Assembly: GCA_051942205.1 (NCBI GenBank)
Contig: JAVECO010000094.1
Coordinates: 1-64,000, forward strand
Direction of reading: 5' to 3'
Origin: Coniocarpon cinnabarinum
Lineage: Eukaryota
DNA: 64,000 nt
Shown here: piece after piece, positions 60,369 to 64,000 of the stretch
Position numbering within the stretch: position 1 is the stretch's first letter
Layout of the letters: every line of letters starts with the position of its first letter
Made by a program: the position numbers and the translations under genes
The notes under the pieces: generated by a model
What the model saw: only the letters and a program-made list of their open reading frames with translations
Told to the model about the DNA's origin: nothing
Database searches by the model: none

Positions 60369-62350
60369 TCACTCGGTACTGCAGCATGATGAGTTTTTAT
60401 AGTGCGCATGAGAGAGGCGTTGTATTACATATTCTTTGTCGTCCTCCCGGTGCGACATGACCGCTCTTTGCACAGACGTTGTCGCGCTGGCACGAGATCC
60501 GACAATCCGACCGACGCCTTTGCCAATTTGCTTTATTGGGAATCGGACTGTAATCGTCTTTGCCGCGAGCCTGACGAGATTGATCTCAGCGGGGTCAGCG
60601 AGCCTTTGCACATTGAGACAACCCTCCCAGTGGTTGAAATTCAGCGCGAGTTGATGGCTGTGAGAATGTCCAGGATAGAGTTGTGGCGCCATGTTGATGT
60701 GAGGGTGATGGCTTGGTGTTGAAGCGGAGTTGGACCCCGCTTATACGTCGAGGCGTTGAATTCATCGAGGAAATGTTGGATCTTCTCCAGGGAAATGTCA
60801 TTTCCACTCTCCACTTTGCCAGGGCCGAGCTGAATTTCCTGGAAAACCTCTCTTACACGTTGAGTTGATGTTGTTGCTGAGCCCGGTAGATATAGAAATA
60901 GTAACCCGGGTCACGCTGAATGGAATGTGTCTCGTTGCCATCTATGTACCCTCATCACAGCCCTGCCCGCGACGATTCCCAAGACTCTTTCCTTGGCGAT
61001 TGGGAAAGGCCGACCAGATCGGCGAGCCGAAGCGCGATAGCTTCATGACGCCCACAGGCCGTTCCGCTCCACATCCCGCAGGATCCTCTGAGACCGTGGC
61101 TCGACCCGTGCCAGAAGCCACAGTGTCCAAGCGATATCACGCAACTCATCACGTTGGTTTCGCAGAAATTCCGGTGCTCCACTCGAGCTTCTTCCGCCCA
61201 CGGGATATTTCTTGCAGTTGCAGACGGTCGGATCCGCCTTGGGCATCACCTGCGACCAGGTGCTGCATTTTGATGGCCTGCAGCATTTCGAACGTGTCCG
61301 TTGCGGATGACAGACCGGGATCTAGCAGCTTAGCGCGTGCTCCTATCTTGCGGCTAGCACGTGCGAGCGTTCGGGAAGATTTCTCTGCACACGGTCACCG
61401 CGTGCGTTGAGACTGACGGCTGTAGTCAGCGTGATGTTTGTGAGACTCTTTGAGCCACGCGCTGATATAACCTGCGCGTCCGGGGACCTGGGCGAAACGT
61501 TGCCGCCATTGCTGCAGATGATGTAGATGGTTCCTGGGACGTTCAGCTCGTCCTCTCTTAACGTGTAGGTCGAGGTGATGGGGGAGCGGGGTGGTGACTC
61601 TCATCAGCAAGCGAGACACGCGGTGCTAAGTCAAGGTGGCGAACCACATCATCAATCGAGCCGTCGTCCATTAGCCATCCAGTTTGCCAGTCCTCTCCAG
61701 TATCGTAGGGTTGATTGATCACCTCGACGGCTTTCTCCTCATCTCCAAATTGTACCGGCCCTTGTTCCATATCCACAGATACATGGGAGCCACACACCGC
61801 CGATAAATAGAGCAAGATGCGCTAGGCCCTTCCACCTTTGGCCCATAACTTCTGGCAACGCGTCCGCCGCGCATAGATGTGCCAAAGACGAAACGCGGCA
61901 GCATCACCGGCTTCACGAAGTGCTCGGTCGGTCACGGGAACACCTGATCCACAAGCCGATTCCCATACTTCGTCTTCAACAGCGCACCAACATGAAGAAA
62001 TTGTCGCTGCACCACGCTGTCCAAACACCTCTCGACCATCACCTACATCCGTTCCGTCTGCTCCCCGTCGAGGACGAACTCTCGCGTCTCCGCGTGTGCC
62101 ACCTCCATGCAGAGATCACACTCATGTTGCAACGTTGGCTTCGCGCGTCTGACGGAGAATGACGCAAGTAGCTTTGGGCTCCTGCTGTGAATGACGTGGC
62201 GCAGATATCTGCCTCACGCAGGATGCGAGTGGTCGCTCCAAGGTGAGATGAGTCGGCCCTGGAGTACTAAGTCCAGCATTTGCTCTGCTCGGCTGCGAAC
62301 TTGACGGCTACTTTGATTGCCTCGTTGCTTGTGTGTGAGGCATCATGTCG
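60369..62350 (-). pseudogene. Possible degenerate gene remnant of unknown family
   Basis: Protein-like segments on the minus strand are broken by single stops and frame changes. No family recognised. Confidence 0.3.
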
Positions 62351-63090
62351 ATTCAACTTATACAATGGTATGAGAACTCAGAACTATTTTGTCTGATATC
62401 GAATCCTAGATTCAATGATTAGGGAACTCCCTCCTTTCAGCGCTCCTTCAGACGTGGATGCTTAACCCGCGCTCTAGAAGTGACTCCTCTGCGTGCGTTG
62501 ATATTGAGATTAGATGTACTGCTGAGCTTGCATCTTCAATAGACCAATCTCTCGGCGCAGTTACTCATCAATTTTCCTATGGCGGACTGCACCCTTAAGC
62601 CTGAAAAACTATTTTGAATGAATACATAGAACACTATTCGTTAAACTAGAATCTCTTTTTAATATATGAATAATAAGGACATACTACAAGTTCCTATTGT
62701 ACTTCTAGTCTATGGCAGCAAGGACACAAGACAAGAGAGGCAGAAGTATGGTGACCTTTTACGTGGACAGTCTACGTTCCTGGTGATGGCGTCCTGCCGG
62801 GAAAGAGCTTGATTTCTCTTTGAAGCCGTGGCCATCAACGAAGTGCTTGTGGTCTTCAGACCATGCATCCGATTCAGGACTATCAACATTCCAACGCCAC
62901 TATGCCTGTATAAGCTTACCGACTTGAATTATGCCTCCATGAACCCCGTACCTCCATTCCTTTATGCCGTACTCCATCAAATTTGAACCCGTACTCCGTC
63001 ACAAGACTTTATCCCAAACTCAGTTAATTAACATGTCCTGCTAACCATCCGCCGCCTATGCTTCTTCCTCATCTTCTGTATCGTAAGGGA

Positions 63091-64000
63091 TTACTGAGCA
63101 ATCGACGAACTGGCCTTCAACACCTTGGGAGGAGGTAACTCCGTCTTGAACACGCGGTCCCAGAAGCGACTTGTCACGCCGAAGCCGTTTTCGTAGTCGG
63201 CGAAGTGGTGTTGGAGGTGGTATTTCTTCAGTTCGCGGTAGTGCAGTGGCAAACTAGTCATTCGTCAGTCTCTCATCCTCGTTATTCACACTATCCCCCC
63301 GCCACCCATCAACGCCTCCGCAATATGAGCAGTAGCGGTCCGTGCACACGATAAGATAAACGGACGCCCCAGGGATTCAAAGGGTAGGAGAAGGGGAGGG
63401 TGGATACTTACTTCTTATGATGCAAGAAGTAATGCGTCAAATCGTAGCAGATGTATCCGAAAATGCCACCACAGTAGACAGCGACGGCGGCGTTCCAGTC
63501 GTAGAAGAAGACGGAGTGGGCTAGATACCAGAAGGGCGTCGCGAGGACGATGAAGAGGGTTGGTGGCATCACGAGACGGAGGCGGTCCATGGGGAGGTAG
63601 TGGTGGATTCCGTGGAGGAGGAAGTGGAGGGTTAGGAAGACGCGGTTGTCGGGAAGGTAGCTGTACTCGTCAGCTTTTCCACACTCGCAAGATTGAGCAA
63701 AGCCGGGAAAGAACTCACTGATCCACGTGAAACAAACATCGATGCAATCCATACTCAACTAAAGTCCAAATCCCCAACCCCAAAAACCAATACGCCATCG
63801 TGACGCCTACACTCTCTAATCCAAACCCCGCTAATATACTTCCGTAAACGACGCCCGGCATCCACACAGCAGGCACAACCCACCACGGCGTCTTACTCAG
63901 CGGCTCCAAAAAGTTCCCAAACAGCGGCGCCGACTGTCCTCCCTTGTAATGTCGCGGCCTATGCACCTGCTCCAGATAAAACTCTTTTGAAAATCCACCG
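63091..64000 (-). CDS. SCS7: Sphingolipid fatty-acid 2-hydroxylase, 3' portion (5' end lies outside the window)
   Basis: FYLEQVHRPRHY..APLFGNFLEPLSKTPWW, EYGLHRCLFH, HFLLHGIHHYLPMD.LRLVMPP, YDLTHYFLHH and LKKYHLQHHF..GFGVTSRFWD. Two introns; stop 63091-63093. Confidence 0.96.

Noticed and set aside
62939..63000. Three degenerate CCGTAC(C)TCC units with spacers, superficially array-like
   Set aside because: The units are too short and irregular, lie in a eukaryotic 3' region, and no cas genes are present, so this is not CRISPR.
1..64000. tRNA/rRNA genes, transposases, LTR or TIR elements, secondary-metabolite backbone genes
   Set aside because: None was recognised by eye. tRNAscan-SE, Rfam and repeat-library scans would be needed to exclude them formally.

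Overview
This is gene-dense genomic DNA from a filamentous ascomycete (Pezizomycotina-type), with short GT-AG introns, CTRAC branch sites and fungal housekeeping orthologues. I modelled about 26 protein-coding genes by hand. Recognisable genes are PXR1, MPC1, CYM1, a taxilin, POL31, SDA1, SUR2, URA3/pyrG, DML1/misato, RBM39/rsd1 and the 3' part of SCS7. Family-level calls are a CFEM GPI protein, a DUF3431 protein, an APH-family kinase, a secreted metallophosphoesterase, a yellow/MRJP protein, a CBM48-like protein with PY motifs, a C2H2 transcription factor and a repeat-rich GPI cell-wall protein. Several spliced genes are missed or fragmented by the ORF track. I recognised no tRNA, rRNA, CRISPR array or intact mobile element, and found no clear-cut new multi-gene system. 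The best leads are a hidden three-zinc-finger gene, a His/Ser-Pro/zinc-ribbon orphan, an RGRSxSR-repeat protein, an exact 24-nt match between two unrelated genes, and possible splicing switches in the RBM39, CFEM and C2H2 TF genes. All family assignments come from remembered motifs; no database searches were run.
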